From: Angustibacter luteus
Lineage (GTDB): Bacteria > Actinomycetota > Actinomycetes > Actinomycetales > Angustibacteraceae
Assembly: GCF_039541115.1 (NCBI RefSeq)
Contig: NZ_BAABFP010000005.1
Coordinates: 1-64,000, forward strand
Length of the DNA stretch: 64,000 nt
Reading direction: 5' to 3'
Part shown: positions 9,688 through 22,825 of the stretch, one piece after another
How positions within the stretch are numbered: position 1 is the stretch's first letter
How the letters are laid out: the number at the start of each line of letters is the position of its first letter
The notes under the pieces: model-generated
The model's input: only the letters and a program-made list of their open reading frames with translations
Databases searched by the model: none
Told to the model about the DNA's origin: nothing
Translations under genes and position numbers: made by a program

Positions 9688-10677
9688 ATGAGCACGAAGA
9701 TCCGCCTCATCGGCCCCGACGACGCCCAGGATGGCGAGCTCCTCGACGCCCTGGCCCGGCTGCTGGCGACCCGCCACCAGGCTCACCGGGTCACTGCCCC
9801 CCTGCTGGACCCGGGCTACGAGGAAGCGGCGGTCTGCCGGGAGCACCTGGGCGCGCAGCTGAGCGACGAGAACGTGAGCGGCGCCGTCGCGGTGCGCGAG
9901 GGCCGGACCGTCGGGTACCTGATCGGTCGGACGGGGGACGGCCCGCCCTGGGGACCGAGCGTCTGGATGGAGTCCGGCGCGGTGGCCAGCCAGGACGCCG
10001 AGACCGTGCGCGATCTCTACGCGGCCGCCGCGCAGTCGTGGGTGGACGCCGGGAAGGTCGCGCACTACGTGCTGGTCCCAGCCAGCAGCGCGGCGCTGGT
10101 GGACGGCTTCTTCCGGCTGGGCTTCGGGCTGCAACACGTGCACGGGGTCCGCGAGCCCGCCCGCCGCGAAGCGCTGCCTGGCATCACGATCCGGCGAGCC
10201 GACCGCGCCGACATCCCGGTGCTGGCCGAGCTCGACCGCGAGCTCCCGCTGCACCAGGGCCGATCGCCCGTGTTCTCGGCCGGCCACCTACCCACGCTGG
10301 ACGAGGCTCGCGAGGAGTGGGAGGAGGACTGGGGCGACGACCGGTTCACCACGTTCGTCGCGGTGCTGGACGGTGAGCCGGACGGCGCTGTGCTGGGCTC
10401 GGCGATCGCCTGCCCGCTCGAGCTGTCCAGCCTGCACCGCGGCCCCGCCCTGGCCGACCACAGCGGGTTCCTGGGCTTCGCGGCCGTACTGCCCGCGGCC
10501 CGCGGACGCCGGATCGGCCGCGCGCTCGGCGAGGCCGTCATCGACTGGTCGGCCCGCTCCGGCTACCGCAGCGTGGCCACGGACTGGCGGGCGACCAACC
10601 TGCTGTCCTCGCGCACCTGGCCGCGACTCGGGTTCGAGCCGACCTTCCTGCGCCTGCACCGGCTCGTGGGGCACTGA
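9688..10677 (+). CDS. GNAT family acetyltransferase (tandem-domain size)
   Basis: AVLPAARGRRIGRAL acetyl-CoA motif; -10 TACGGT 6 nt before ATG (leaderless). Confidence 0.85.
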   Translation: MSTKIRLIGPDDAQDGELLDALARLLATRHQAHRVTAPLLDPGYEEAAVCREHLGAQLSDENVSGAVAVREGRTVGYLIGRTGDGPPWGPSVWMESGAVASQDAETVRDLYAAAAQSWVDAGKVAHYVLVPASSAALVDGFFRLGFGLQHVHGVREPARREALPGITIRRADRADIPVLAELDRELPLHQGRSPVFSAGHLPTLDEAREEWEEDWGDDRFTTFVAVLDGEPDGAVLGSAIACPLELSSLHRGPALADHSGFLGFAAVLPAARGRRIGRALGEAVIDWSARSGYRSVATDWRATNLLSSRTWPRLGFEPTFLRLHRLVGH

Positions 10678-10717
10678 GCCGGCGCAGGCGCAGGTCGGAC
10701 GCGTCTGCCGTTCGGGG

Positions 10718-12466
10718 TCAGTGGCCGCCGGTCACCGCCGCGTACGCGTTCACGAGGCCGTTGCCGTAGAACCCGTTCTTGGACGCCGGACCCTCGCACT
10801 TCGCGGATGCCGTGGCGACCGAGCCGTCCGGCCGGATCCGGGTCCAGGTGAACGTGCGCGGCTGCGGGCAGGCGTGGTCGACGGCCGTCTTGAGCAGGAT
10901 CCGCTCCGTGGTGGCCGGGTTCAGGGTGAGGCCACCGTGCCGGGCGTCCCGCTTGCCGTACTGGCTGACGATGAGCGCGGCGACGCCGACCGCGTGCGGG
11001 CTGGCCATCGACGTCCCCTGCAGGTACTGGTAGTACCCGCAGGTGCCGCCCTGGCAGTCCTGCACGACGAAGTCGTTGTTCGGCGTTCCGTCGGGGTTGA
11101 GGTCACCGTTCGCCTCGGCGTCGTACTTCGGGTAGGCCGCCAGCACCAGGTTCCGCGGGTCGAGGGTCTCGTCCGTGGAGTCGTACGCGTCCCCACCCGG
11201 CGCGGACACGTCGGTCTGCTCGGTGCCGTAGTTGGAGAAGTACGACATCCGGGTCGAGGGACCGGTCGAGCTGACCGACACCACGCCCCGGCTCTCGGAC
11301 GGGACGCTGATGCAGCGGTTGTCGATGGTGCGCTCGTGCGCGGCGCCGGCCGGGTAGTCCGGGCTGGTGTCGTCGAACGTCGGGTGGCCGAGGTCGGTCA
11401 GCTCGTTGCCCATGGCCGCGATCGGCAGGACGCCGTGCGCCCGGGCGTAGTCCAGGGCGCGCTGGGTGGTCTCGCGGATGACGCGCTGCTCGGTCTGCTC
11501 GGCGGGGGAGTCCGCCGGGTTGTTGACGCAGTTGAACAACCACGGGTCGGTGTAGAAGCTCATGTTGACGACGTCGACCCCGATGTCACCGGCGTAGGTG
11601 ATGGCCTGGATGGTCGGCGCGAGGAAGAAGTAGCCGGAGTCCTGACCGGCGCGCAGGTTCAGCAGCGTGACGTTCGGTGCGACGCCCGCGATGCCCAGCC
11701 CGTTGATCGGTGAGCCGATGGTGCTGGCGACGTGGGTGCCGTGCCCGTCGTCGTCGTGGTCCACGGGGTCGATGCAGGACGGGTACTCGCACGGGCCGTC
11801 GATCACCGGGAGGTCGGTGACGAAGTTGTGCGACTCCGCGGCGTCGAAGTTGGGGGCGATGTCCGGGTGGGTCCCGTCGACGCCGGTGTCGATGACGCCG
11901 ACCTTGACCGTGGCCTTGCCGGGCTGCACGGCGTAGGAGCCGTCCGGGGTCGCGCCGATCTGACGCATGTCCCACTGCCGGTTGGCGAGCGGCTCGGCGG
12001 CAGGGGCAGCGGCCGGCGCGGCGTCGGCCTGCCCGCGCCCACCCTGGCCGGTGGCCTCGCGCGCGGCGCGGTCCTTCGTCAGCCGCTCGACGTCGTCCTT
12101 CGTCAGCGCCTTGGCTCGGGCGTCCTTGGGGGCGTACCCGATGACGCGGTCCCGCGCGGCGCCGCGGACGGCGGCGGACGTGGACACCGCGGTGGAGAAC
12201 GAGGACGCGCCCGAGCGCACCACGGCGAAGCCGACCTCGGTGTTCTCCGAGACGATCGTGCCGCCGGCGGCCTTGATGGCCGCGCGGGCCGAGGCCGACG
12301 CGCCGGCCGAGGTGTAGAGGACGACGTACTGCTGGCTGCCCGAGGCGGCTGCGGTCGTGGAGGTGCCGGTGGCGGCGGCCATGGGGGCTGCCGACGCCGG
12401 GGCGATGGCGGTCGCCGCAGCGACGGCCAGGACGGAACCGAGGACGAGAACGGCGGATCTGCGCAT
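10718..12466 (-). CDS. Secreted S8 subtilisin-like serine protease
   Basis: Catalytic triad VIDTG / HGTHVA / GTSMASP; signal peptide and propeptide. Confidence 0.95.
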   Translation of the reverse strand: MRRSAVLVLGSVLAVAAATAIAPASAAPMAAATGTSTTAAASGSQQYVVLYTSAGASASARAAIKAAGGTIVSENTEVGFAVVRSGASSFSTAVSTSAAVRGAARDRVIGYAPKDARAKALTKDDVERLTKDRAAREATGQGGRGQADAAPAAAPAAEPLANRQWDMRQIGATPDGSYAVQPGKATVKVGVIDTGVDGTHPDIAPNFDAAESHNFVTDLPVIDGPCEYPSCIDPVDHDDDGHGTHVASTIGSPINGLGIAGVAPNVTLLNLRAGQDSGYFFLAPTIQAITYAGDIGVDVVNMSFYTDPWLFNCVNNPADSPAEQTEQRVIRETTQRALDYARAHGVLPIAAMGNELTDLGHPTFDDTSPDYPAGAAHERTIDNRCISVPSESRGVVSVSSTGPSTRMSYFSNYGTEQTDVSAPGGDAYDSTDETLDPRNLVLAAYPKYDAEANGDLNPDGTPNNDFVVQDCQGGTCGYYQYLQGTSMASPHAVGVAALIVSQYGKRDARHGGLTLNPATTERILLKTAVDHACPQPRTFTWTRIRPDGSVATASAKCEGPASKNGFYGNGLVNAYAAVTGGH

Positions 12467-12597
12467 GTCGCGCTCCCTTGGTGGGGGTCCGGGTCAACCG
12501 GTGTGTCCCGCAACGTAGACCCGGGGGTCGCCACGTGGAAGGGCCGGCGAATCGCCTGCCGGTAGCGGCGTCGTCCCCGCGCCGTACGCTGTCCGCC

Positions 12598-13635
12598 GTG
12601 GAGCGCTGGAACGACCTGGACGACGTCCCGACCGACCTGTCGGGCGCTGTCGTGACCCTCGGCAACTTCGACGGTGTGCACGCGGGGCACCGCGCCGTGC
12701 TGGCCCGGGTCGTGGAGCGCGCCCGCGCGCTGTCTGCCACGTCCGTGGCGATCACGTTCGACCCGCACCCCGTGCAGGTGCTCTTCCCGGACCGCGCGCC
12801 CGAGCTCGTGACCAGCCTGGACCAGCGGCTGGACCTGATGTCGGCCACCGGTCTGGACGCCGCGCTGGTCATGGCGTTCACGCCGGAGCTGGCCCAGTGG
12901 TCACCGGAGCGCTTCGTGGAGCGCGTGCTCGTGGACGTGCTGCACGCGCGGGCCGTGGTGGTCGGTGCCGATACCCGGTTCGGCCACCGCAACTCCGGCG
13001 ACGTGCGCACCCTGCGCGAGCTCGGGGAGCTGCACGGCTTCGACGTCGACGTCCTGGAGGACCTGCACCCCCAGGCGTCCGCCGCGCGCTGGTCCTCCAC
13101 CGGGGTGCGCGAGGCGCTCGCCGAGGGCGACGTCGAGGGCGCTGCCCGGGCGCTCGGCCGGCCGCACCGCGTCACCGGCACGGTCGTGCACGGTGACCAC
13201 CGCGGTCGCGAGCTGGGGTTCCCCACCGCCAACCTCGGTCCTGACTCGCAGGGGATGGTCCCGGCGGACGGCGTGTACGCCGGCTGGTTGCTCCGCCCCT
13301 CGCTCGACGAGACGGCCCAGCGGGTGCTGCCCGCCGCGGTGTCGATCGGGACCAACCCCACGTTCGACGGCACCAGCCGCCGGGTCGAGGCCTACGTCCT
13401 GGACCGCACCGACCTCGACCTGTACGGCGAGCGCGTCGTGCTGGAGCTGGTGCAGCGGCTGCGCCCGACGTTGCGCTTCGAGTCGGTGGACCGGCTGGTC
13501 GAGCAGATGCGCCTCGACGTCCAGGAGTGCCGTGAGGTCCTCGGTCACGGGGTGGTGCCGCGGTCGTACGGACCGACCTACCCGGTGCACCCGCAGGGCG
13601 ACGAGCACGTGGACGGGACGACCTCGGCGGACTGA
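12598..13635 (+). CDS. ribF: Bifunctional riboflavin kinase/FAD synthetase
   Basis: [31 protein letters not shown] 7 nt after -10 TACGCT. Confidence 0.97.
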   Translation: MERWNDLDDVPTDLSGAVVTLGNFDGVHAGHRAVLARVVERARALSATSVAITFDPHPVQVLFPDRAPELVTSLDQRLDLMSATGLDAALVMAFTPELAQWSPERFVERVLVDVLHARAVVVGADTRFGHRNSGDVRTLRELGELHGFDVDVLEDLHPQASAARWSSTGVREALAEGDVEGAARALGRPHRVTGTVVHGDHRGRELGFPTANLGPDSQGMVPADGVYAGWLLRPSLDETAQRVLPAAVSIGTNPTFDGTSRRVEAYVLDRTDLDLYGERVVLELVQRLRPTLRFESVDRLVEQMRLDVQECREVLGHGVVPRSYGPTYPVHPQGDEHVDGTTSAD

Positions 13636-13647
13636 TACCCTGGACAC

Positions 13648-13732
13648 CGCCGTCAGAACGGCCGCGGAACCAGAGAGCCCGGGTGGACAAGCCCCGGTGC
13701 ACCGCGCAACGACCGAAACCAGGAGAACCGCC
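13648..13732 (+). ncRNA. Putative actinobacterial S15 (rpsO) leader RNA
   Basis: Structured 5' UTR after -10 TACCCT: GCCGT/ACGGC hairpin and CGCGG...CCGCG pairing; position typical of S15 autoregulatory leaders. Confidence 0.45.
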
Positions 13733-14002
13733 TTGCCCCTCGACGCCGCAGTCAAGACCAAGATCATGTCCGAGTACGCGACGCACGAGGGCGACACCGG
13801 TTCGCCCGAGGTCCAGGTCGCGATGCTCACGCAGCGCATCAAGGACCTCACCGAGCACCTGAAGGAGCACAAGCACGACCACCACAGCCGTCGTGGTCTG
13901 CTCCTCCTCGTCGGCCAGCGCCGCCGGCTGCTCGGCTACCTGCGCGACAAGGACATCGCCCGGTACCGCTCGCTGATCGAGCGCCTGGGCCTGCGCCGCT
14001 AG
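13733..14002 (+). CDS. rpsO: 30S ribosomal protein S15 (TTG start, 89 aa)
   Basis: [14 protein letters not shown]...[10 protein letters not shown]...LGLRR; AGGAG RBS. Confidence 0.98.
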   Translation: MPLDAAVKTKIMSEYATHEGDTGSPEVQVAMLTQRIKDLTEHLKEHKHDHHSRRGLLLLVGQRRRLLGYLRDKDIARYRSLIERLGLRR

Positions 14003-14009
14003 CGCAACC

Positions 14010-14040
14010 GCCGCGGTCCCCATCGGGGGCCGCGGCGTTC
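14010..14040 (+). terminator. Hairpin after rpsO
   Basis: CGCCGCGGTCCCC-atc-GGGGGCCGCGGCG followed by TTCT. Confidence 0.7.
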
Positions 14041-14073
14041 TCATGTCGGGCGTGCCCCGGCGGAGCACCGAAC

Positions 14074-14126
14074 CGCACCACCAGATCGCACCACCAGATC
14101 GCACCAGGCAGACCGCACCACCAGCT
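14074..14126. repeat. 13-bp tandem repeat CGCACCACCAGAT, about 4 copies
   Basis: Two perfect and two degenerate copies. Confidence 0.8.
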
Positions 14127-14175
14127 GGACCACAACTGAACACGCAGCACAGCGAGACGACGGCCGTACGGAGCG

Positions 14176-14251
14176 CCGGTCCTCGGTAGTGGCCCCCGGG
14201 AGGCACCCGCCAGTGAGCGGACGCCGGCCGTGGGCCTCGATCGAAGACCGG
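14176..14251 (+). ncRNA. Actino-pnp RNA motif (pnp 5' leader)
   Basis: CCGGTCCTCGGTAGTGGCCC...GGGCCTCGATCGAAGACCGG upstream of pnp. Confidence 0.85.
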
Positions 14252-14347
14252 GACCACGCGCCGCTCACGCCGTCGGTACGACAGGCCGCCCGTGTCGGGC
14301 GGTCTGCAGACGATGACTGATGAGACGAAACGGAGAGTGACCCCGAC

Positions 14348-16612
14348 ATGGAGGGTCCCGACACCCAGTTCGCGGAGGCCGTGCTCGACAACGGCAGCCA
14401 CGGCACCCGCACCATCCGGTTCGAGACCGGACGGCTCGCCAAGCAGGCAGCCGGTTCCGCCGTCGCCTACCTGGACGACGACACGATGCTGCTCGCGGCC
14501 ACCACGGCCGGCAAGCACCCCAAGGACCACTTCGACTTCTTCCCGCTGACGATCGACGTCGAGGAGAAGATGTACGCCGCGGGCAAGATCCCCGGCTCCT
14601 TCTTCCGCCGCGAGGGTCGGCCCAGCACCGACGCCATCCTGACCTGCCGGCTGATCGACCGCCCGCTGCGCCCGTCCTTCGTCAAGGGCCTGCGCAACGA
14701 GGTCCAGGTCGTCATCACCGTGCTCGCGCTCAACCCGGACCACCAGTACGACGTCCTGGCCATCAACGCCGCGTCGATGTCCACCCAGCTGTCCGGCCTG
14801 CCGTTCAGCGGCCCGATCGGCGGCGTCCGCGTCGCGCTGATCGACGGCCAGTGGGTGGCGTTCCCGAACCACAGCCAGATGGAGCGCGCCGTCTTCGACA
14901 TGGTCGTCGCCGGCCGCGTGGTCGAGACCGCCAACGGCTCCGACGTCGCGATCATGATGGTCGAGGCCGAGGCCACCGAGAACGCCTGGCCGCTGATCAA
15001 GGGCGAGAACGTCCCGGCGCCGACCGAGGAGGTCGTCGCGCAGGGGCTCGAGGCCGCCAAGCCGTTCATCGCCGAGCTGGTTCGCGCGCAGGCCGACCTG
15101 GCCTCCCGCGCCACCAACACCCCGCTGGAGTTCCCGACCTTCCCGGACTACGCGGACGACGCGTACGCCGCGGTCGAGCAGGCCGTCGCGGCCGACCTCG
15201 AGCAGGCCCTGCAGGTCGCCGGCAAGGCGGACCGCGAGGGTCGCCTCGACGAGATCAAGGCCGCCATGGTCGGCCACCTGGCCGGCGAGGACGGCGCGTT
15301 CGAGGGTCGCGAGAAGGAGCTGTCCGCCGCGTACCGCAGCGTGCAGAAGAAGCTCATCCGCCAGCGCATCCTGCGCGACGAGGTGCGCATCGACGGCCGT
15401 GGGCTCAGCGACATCCGTCAGCTGTCCGCCGAGGTCGAGGTCATCCCGCGCGTGCACGGCTCGGCGCTGTTCGAGCGCGGCGAGACCCAGATCCTGGGCG
15501 TCACCACGCTGAACATGCTGCGCATGGAGCAGCAGCTCGACACGCTCTCGCCCGAGACGCGCAAGCGCTACATGCACAACTACAACTTCCCGCCGTTCAG
15601 CACGGGCGAGACCGGCCGCGTGGGCTCGCCCAAGCGCCGCGAGATCGGGCACGGCGCACTGGCCGAGCGCGCGATCATGCCCGTCCTGCCGAGCCGCGAG
15701 GAGTTCCCGTACGCGATCCGTCAGGTGTCCGAGGCGCTCAGCTCCAACGGCTCCACCTCGATGGGCTCGGTCTGCGCCTCGACGCTGGCCCTGCTCAACG
15801 CGGGTGTGCCGCTGCGCGCGCCGGTCGCCGGCATCGCGATGGGCCTGGTCAGCGACCAGGTGGACGGTGAGACCCGCTACGCGGCGCTCACCGACATCCT
15901 CGGCGCCGAGGACGCCTTCGGCGACATGGACTTCAAGGTCGCCGGCACCAAGGAGTTCGTGACGGCGATCCAGCTGGACACCAAGCTCGACGGCATCCCC
16001 GCCTCCGTGCTGGCCAGTGCGCTCACCCAGGCGCGCGACGCCCGGCTGCACATCCTGGACGTCATGGCCGAGGCCATCGACGCCCCGGACGAGATGTCGC
16101 CGTACGCGCCGCGGGTCATCGCGATCCACGTCCCGGTGGACAAGATCGGCGAGGTCATCGGGCCGAAGGGCAAGATGATCAACCAGATCCAGGACGAGAC
16201 CGGCGCCCAGATCTCGATCGAGGACGACGGCACCGTCTACATCGGCGCCACCGACGGTCCGTCGGCGGAAGCGGCTCGCAACATGGTCAACGCCATCGCG
16301 AACCCGCAGATGCCGGAGGTCGGCGAGCGCTTCCTGGGCACCGTGGTCAAGACCACGACGTTCGGCGCGTTCATCAGCCTGACGCCCGGCAAGGACGGCC
16401 TGCTGCACATCTCCGAGATCCGCAAGCTCGTCGGCGGCAAGCGCATCGACTCGGTCGAGGACGTGCTCGCCGTGGGCCAGAAGGTCCAGGTCGAGCTCAA
16501 GGAGATCGACCCGCGCGGCAAGCTCAGCCTGGCTGCGGTGCTCGCCGAGGACGCCGGCCAGGACGGCGGCACCGCGGACGTGACCGCTGCCGAGGCCCCG
16601 GCCGAGGTCTGA
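14348..16612 (+). CDS. pnp: Polyribonucleotide nucleotidyltransferase
   Basis: [36 protein letters not shown] and S1 domains. Confidence 0.99.
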   Translation: MEGPDTQFAEAVLDNGSHGTRTIRFETGRLAKQAAGSAVAYLDDDTMLLAATTAGKHPKDHFDFFPLTIDVEEKMYAAGKIPGSFFRREGRPSTDAILTCRLIDRPLRPSFVKGLRNEVQVVITVLALNPDHQYDVLAINAASMSTQLSGLPFSGPIGGVRVALIDGQWVAFPNHSQMERAVFDMVVAGRVVETANGSDVAIMMVEAEATENAWPLIKGENVPAPTEEVVAQGLEAAKPFIAELVRAQADLASRATNTPLEFPTFPDYADDAYAAVEQAVAADLEQALQVAGKADREGRLDEIKAAMVGHLAGEDGAFEGREKELSAAYRSVQKKLIRQRILRDEVRIDGRGLSDIRQLSAEVEVIPRVHGSALFERGETQILGVTTLNMLRMEQQLDTLSPETRKRYMHNYNFPPFSTGETGRVGSPKRREIGHGALAERAIMPVLPSREEFPYAIRQVSEALSSNGSTSMGSVCASTLALLNAGVPLRAPVAGIAMGLVSDQVDGETRYAALTDILGAEDAFGDMDFKVAGTKEFVTAIQLDTKLDGIPASVLASALTQARDARLHILDVMAEAIDAPDEMSPYAPRVIAIHVPVDKIGEVIGPKGKMINQIQDETGAQISIEDDGTVYIGATDGPSAEAARNMVNAIANPQMPEVGERFLGTVVKTTTFGAFISLTPGKDGLLHISEIRKLVGGKRIDSVEDVLAVGQKVQVELKEIDPRGKLSLAAVLAEDAGQDGGTADVTAAEAPAEV

Positions 16613-16620
16613 GCCACACC

Positions 16621-18739
<2,119 letters not shown>

Positions 18740-18754
18740 ACCGGGCCCCTGCTG

Positions 18755-19201
18755 ATGCGCACCAAGCTCGTGGTCGTCGTCCTGGTGCTCGCGTTCGCCT
18801 TCTACGCGCTCACGATCGGCTGGCGTGGGGTGCTCCTGGTCGGCGACGGCCGCCCGGTGACCGTGCTGCTCGGCCTCGCGGTGCTCGTACTGCCGTTCGT
18901 GGCCGGCTGGGCGGTCTGGCGGGAGGTGCGCTTCGGGCTGGCCACCGAACGGCTCGGGCGACGCCTGGACGACGAGGGTGGGCTGCCGCCGGACGACCTG
19001 CCGCGCCGGCCGAGCGGCCGGGTTGACCGCGGGGCGGCTGACGCGGCGTTCACCGGGTACCGGGACGCCGTCGAGTCCGACCCGCAGAACTGGCGCGGCT
19101 GGTACCGCCTGGCACTGGCCTACGACGCGGCGGGGGACCGGCGTCGCGCCAGAGCCGCTGCGCGAGAGGCGATCGCCCGGGCCCGCAGCGCCGAAACGTA
19201 G
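18755..19201 (+). CDS. Conserved membrane protein with C-terminal TPR-like helix
   Basis: 2 TM segments then PSGRVDR and WRGWYRLALAYDAAGDRRRAR; usual dapB neighbour. Confidence 0.85.
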   Translation: MRTKLVVVVLVLAFAFYALTIGWRGVLLVGDGRPVTVLLGLAVLVLPFVAGWAVWREVRFGLATERLGRRLDDEGGLPPDDLPRRPSGRVDRGAADAAFTGYRDAVESDPQNWRGWYRLALAYDAAGDRRRARAAAREAIARARSAET

Positions 19202-19314
19202 CAAAGCGATCAAGCGGCCGAAGGCCGGTAAACAGAACGAATCGTCGCAGACCCGGGTACCGGCGTCCGTTCAGCGACGCCCGGCGTCCGCTTCGGTCGT
19301 CGTGTCGCCGGGGT

Positions 19315-19385
19315 TAAGCGCTTGTTGCCCAATCGTTACCGCGTGAACGTGAAGGTCTTGTGGACACCCTCGGTGCAAGCGCTTA
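19315..19385. promoter_or_regulatory. Two LacI-type operators upstream of the sugar ABC operon
   Basis: TAAGCGCTTG (19315-19324) and its reverse complement CAAGCGCTTA (19376-19385). Confidence 0.7.
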
Positions 19386-19447
19386 GATTTTCGGCTCAAC
19401 CCACCCGGCACCGGCGCCGGGCGGGACCCAGATGGGAGGCGGCCTCG

Positions 19448-20809
19448 ATGGCCCTTCGCGTGACCCGGTCTTCCAAGGCCCTCGCCATCACGGCGGCTGC
19501 AGGCCTTGCGCTCATGCTCACCGCCTGCGGGAGCAACGACGACGACAGCAGCAGCTCGGCGAGCAGCACGGACTGCGCCGCCTACAAGACGTACGGTGAC
19601 CTCAAGGGGAAGACGGTCAGCGTCTACACCTCGATCGTGGCCCCTGAGGACCAGCAGCAGATCGACTCGTACAAGCCTTTCGAGGAGTGCACGGGCGCGA
19701 CGATCAAGTACGAGGGCTCCAAGGAGTTCGAGGCCCAGCTGCCGGTCCGCGTCAAGGGCGGTAACGCGCCTGACATCGCGATCGTCCCGCAGCCCGGTCT
19801 GCTGAAGACCCTGGTCGCCACCGGCAAGGTCAAGAAGGCCCCCGACGCGACCGCGGCCAACGCCGACAAGTGGTTCGGGCCGGACTGGAAGGGCTACGGC
19901 ACGGTCGACGGCACCTTCTACGCGGCGCCGCTGGGCGCGAACGTGAAGTCGTACGTCTGGTACTCGCCGTCCGCCTTCAAGGACAAGGGCTACGAGGTCC
20001 CGCAGACGTTCGCCGACCTGATGACCCTGACCCAGAAGATCACCGACGACAACGGCAAGGGCTCGGCGTGGTGCGCCGGCATCGGCTCCGGTGACGCCAC
20101 CGGCTGGCCGGCCACCGACTGGCTGGAGGACATGCTGCTGCGCACCGGTGGCGTGGACGTCTACGACCAGTGGGTCAACCACGAGATCCCGTTCAACGAC
20201 CCCAAGGTCGCGGACGCGCTCGCCAAGGTCGGCGGCATCCTGAAGAACCCGAACTTCGTCAACGGCGGCGACGTCAAGTCCATCGCCACGACGACGTTCC
20301 AGGACGCGGGCCAGCCGATCCTCGACGGCTCGTGCTGGATGCACCGGCAGGCCTCGTTCTACGCGGCCAACTGGCCGGAGGGCACCAAGGTCGGCCCGGA
20401 CGGCGACGTGTGGGCGTTCTACTTCCCGGCGGTCGACCCGGCTCAGGGCAAGCCCGTCCTGGGTGGTGGCGAGTTCATCACCGCCTTCGCCGACCGTCCC
20501 GAGGTGCAGGCGTTCCAGACCTACCTGAGCTCGGACACCTGGGCCAACAACAAGGCCAAGGCCACCCCGGCCGGCGGCTGGGTCAGCGCGAACAAGGGCC
20601 TGGACGTCAACAACCTGGTCAGCCCGCTGGACAAGCTGTCCGCCCAGATCCTGCAGGACCCGAAGGCCAAGTTCCGGTTCGACGGGTCCGACCAGATGCC
20701 CGGTGCTGTCGGTGCCGGAACCTTCTGGAAGGGCATGACGGACTGGATCACCGGCAAGTCCGACGCGGACACGCTGAACTACATCGAGAACTCCTGGCCG
20801 AAGAGCTGA
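19448..20809 (+). CDS. Carbohydrate ABC substrate-binding lipoprotein (AglE-like, alpha-glucoside)
   Basis: Lipobox LTAC; WCAGIGSGDATGWPATDW, MHRQASF, FRFDGSDQMPGAVG. Confidence 0.9.
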   Translation: MALRVTRSSKALAITAAAGLALMLTACGSNDDDSSSSASSTDCAAYKTYGDLKGKTVSVYTSIVAPEDQQQIDSYKPFEECTGATIKYEGSKEFEAQLPVRVKGGNAPDIAIVPQPGLLKTLVATGKVKKAPDATAANADKWFGPDWKGYGTVDGTFYAAPLGANVKSYVWYSPSAFKDKGYEVPQTFADLMTLTQKITDDNGKGSAWCAGIGSGDATGWPATDWLEDMLLRTGGVDVYDQWVNHEIPFNDPKVADALAKVGGILKNPNFVNGGDVKSIATTTFQDAGQPILDGSCWMHRQASFYAANWPEGTKVGPDGDVWAFYFPAVDPAQGKPVLGGGEFITAFADRPEVQAFQTYLSSDTWANNKAKATPAGGWVSANKGLDVNNLVSPLDKLSAQILQDPKAKFRFDGSDQMPGAVGAGTFWKGMTDWITGKSDADTLNYIENSWPKS

Positions 20810-20852
20810 TCTTTCGGTAGGACTGAGCCCGACGAGCAAGGAAGTCTCGATC

Positions 20853-20887
20853 CTGGCCGGGGGCACCCCCTGGGTGCCCCCGGCCAG
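20853..20887 (+). terminator. Intercistronic stem-loop after the binding-protein gene
   Basis: CTGGCCGGGGGCACCC-cct-GGGTGCCCCCGGCCAG, perfect 16-bp stem. Confidence 0.75.
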
Positions 20888-20908
20888 AACACCAAAGGCG
20901 GTGGTTCG

Positions 20909-21871
20909 GTGTCAGCAGCGGAGAAGTTCGGCCAGATGTTCTTCGCCATCGGTCTGTTCGCGGTGGTCTTCATCGGAATCCTGTTGCTGGCCAGCCTCGC
21001 CAAGGGCCGCAAGGGCGAGCGGGTGCAGAGCCTGGCCTTCGTCGGCCCGGCGCTCCTGCTCCTGGCGGTCGGCCTGCTGTACCCGGCGATCCGCACGGTC
21101 GGGCAGTCGTTCAAGAACGGTGACGGCACCAAGTTCATCGGCTTGGACAACTACACCAACATCTTCACCAGCCCCGAGCAGCTGCTGGTCATCCGCAACA
21201 CGGCGGTCTGGGTGCTGCTCGTGCCGATCTTCGCCACGGCGATCGGCCTGATCTACGCGCTGCTGGTCGACAAGGCGCGCGGCGAGTCCTTCGCCAAGGC
21301 CTTGATCTTCCTGCCGATGGCCATCTCGATGGTCGGCGCGTCGATCATCTGGAAGTTCATGTACGACTACCGGCCGAAGACCCGGCCGCAGATCGGTCTG
21401 CTGAACGCCATCTTGGTCAAGCTCGGCTTCGACCCGCAGAACTTCATCCTGAACGCCCCGGCGAACACGGTCTTCCTGATCGTCATCATGATCTGGATCC
21501 AGTGCGGCTTCGCCATGGTGATCCTGTCGGCAGCGATCAAGGCGATCCCCGAGGACATCATCGAGGCGGCCCGGCTGGACGGTGTGCGCGGGATGCAGAT
21601 GTTCCGCTTCATCACGCTGCCGAGTATCCGTGGCGCCGTGGTGGTCGTCCTGACCACGATCGGCATCGCCGTCCTCAAGGTCTTTGACATCGTCCGCACG
21701 ATGACCGGTGGGCAGTTCGACACCAGCGTCGTCGCGAACGAGTTCTACAACCAGACGTTCCGCTACGACAACACCGGGCTCGGTGCGGCGCTGGCCGTGG
21801 TGCTCTTCGTCCTGGTGATCCCGTTCATTGTGTACAACGCTCGGCAGCTGCGACGTTCGGAGGGCCGATGA
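20909..21871 (+). CDS. Carbohydrate ABC permease (AglF/MalF-like)
   Basis: EAA motif IIEAARLDG; multiple TM segments. Confidence 0.93.
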   Translation: MSAAEKFGQMFFAIGLFAVVFIGILLLASLAKGRKGERVQSLAFVGPALLLLAVGLLYPAIRTVGQSFKNGDGTKFIGLDNYTNIFTSPEQLLVIRNTAVWVLLVPIFATAIGLIYALLVDKARGESFAKALIFLPMAISMVGASIIWKFMYDYRPKTRPQIGLLNAILVKLGFDPQNFILNAPANTVFLIVIMIWIQCGFAMVILSAAIKAIPEDIIEAARLDGVRGMQMFRFITLPSIRGAVVVVLTTIGIAVLKVFDIVRTMTGGQFDTSVVANEFYNQTFRYDNTGLGAALAVVLFVLVIPFIVYNARQLRRSEGR

Positions 21872-22794
21872 GCACGCTGACCCCGGCAGTGACCCCCGAG
21901 GACACGCCGGCCCCACCGACCAAGAACCGTCCGTCCGCGCTGGCCAACGCCAAGTCGATGCTGTCCTCGCGGGTGGCCACGGTCATCGCGATCGTCATCG
22001 CCGTGCTCTGGACCATCCCGACGGCCGGCCTGCTGATCACCTCGTTCCGCAAGCCGCTGGACATCAACCGCAGCGGTTGGTGGACGGTCCTGCAGAACCC
22101 CAGCTTCACGCTGGACAACTACCGCCTGGCCCTGGGCAGCGGGACCTCCAGCCTGGCCGACGAGTTCGTGAACAGCATCGTCATCACCATCCCGGCCGTG
22201 CTGCTGCCGATCCTGCTGGCCACCCTCGCGGCGTACGCGTTCGCCTGGATGGACTTCAAGGGCCGCAACCTGCTGTTCGTGGCGGTCTTCACGATGCAGA
22301 TCGTGCCCATCCAGGTGACGATGATCCCGCTGCTGTCGCTGTACGTGAACACGCTGCACCTGAACGGGACGTTCTGGAGCGTGTGGCTCTCGCACACGAT
22401 CTTCGCCCTGCCGCTGGCGGTCTTCCTGATGCACAACTTCATCAAGGAGATCCCCGCCGAGCTGGTCGAGGCCGCGCGGGTGGACGGCGCCGGGCACGTG
22501 CGGATCTTCTTCCGCGTCATGCTGCCGCTGCTCACTCCGGCGCTGGCGGCGTTCGGCATCTTCCAGTTCCTGTGGGTGTGGAACGACCTGCTGGTCTCGC
22601 TGGTGTTCCTGGGCGGCTCCCCGGAGTTCCGGCCGATCACCGTCGCCATCTCCGAGCTCGCCGGCACCCGTGGCAGCGCCTGGTTCCTGCTGTCCGCCGG
22701 GGCGTTCATCGCGATGGTCGTGCCGGTCGTCGTCTTCCTGTCCCTGCAGCGGTACTTCGTCCGTGGCCTGCTCGCCGGTGGCCTGAAGGGGTGA
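21868..22794 (+). CDS. Carbohydrate ABC permease (AglG/MalG-like)
   Basis: LVEAARVDGA; QRYFVRGLLAGGLKG; ATGA overlap. Confidence 0.93.
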   Translation: MSTLTPAVTPEDTPAPPTKNRPSALANAKSMLSSRVATVIAIVIAVLWTIPTAGLLITSFRKPLDINRSGWWTVLQNPSFTLDNYRLALGSGTSSLADEFVNSIVITIPAVLLPILLATLAAYAFAWMDFKGRNLLFVAVFTMQIVPIQVTMIPLLSLYVNTLHLNGTFWSVWLSHTIFALPLAVFLMHNFIKEIPAELVEAARVDGAGHVRIFFRVMLPLLTPALAAFGIFQFLWVWNDLLVSLVFLGGSPEFRPITVAISELAGTRGSAWFLLSAGAFIAMVVPVVVFLSLQRYFVRGLLAGGLKG

Positions 22795-22825
22795 ACGGGC
22801 CTGACGGGTCCGCTCGGGTGCTCGG

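Noticed and set aside
14074..14126. Possible mini-CRISPR array
   Set aside because: 13-bp units are directly adjacent with no spacers, and there are no cas genes
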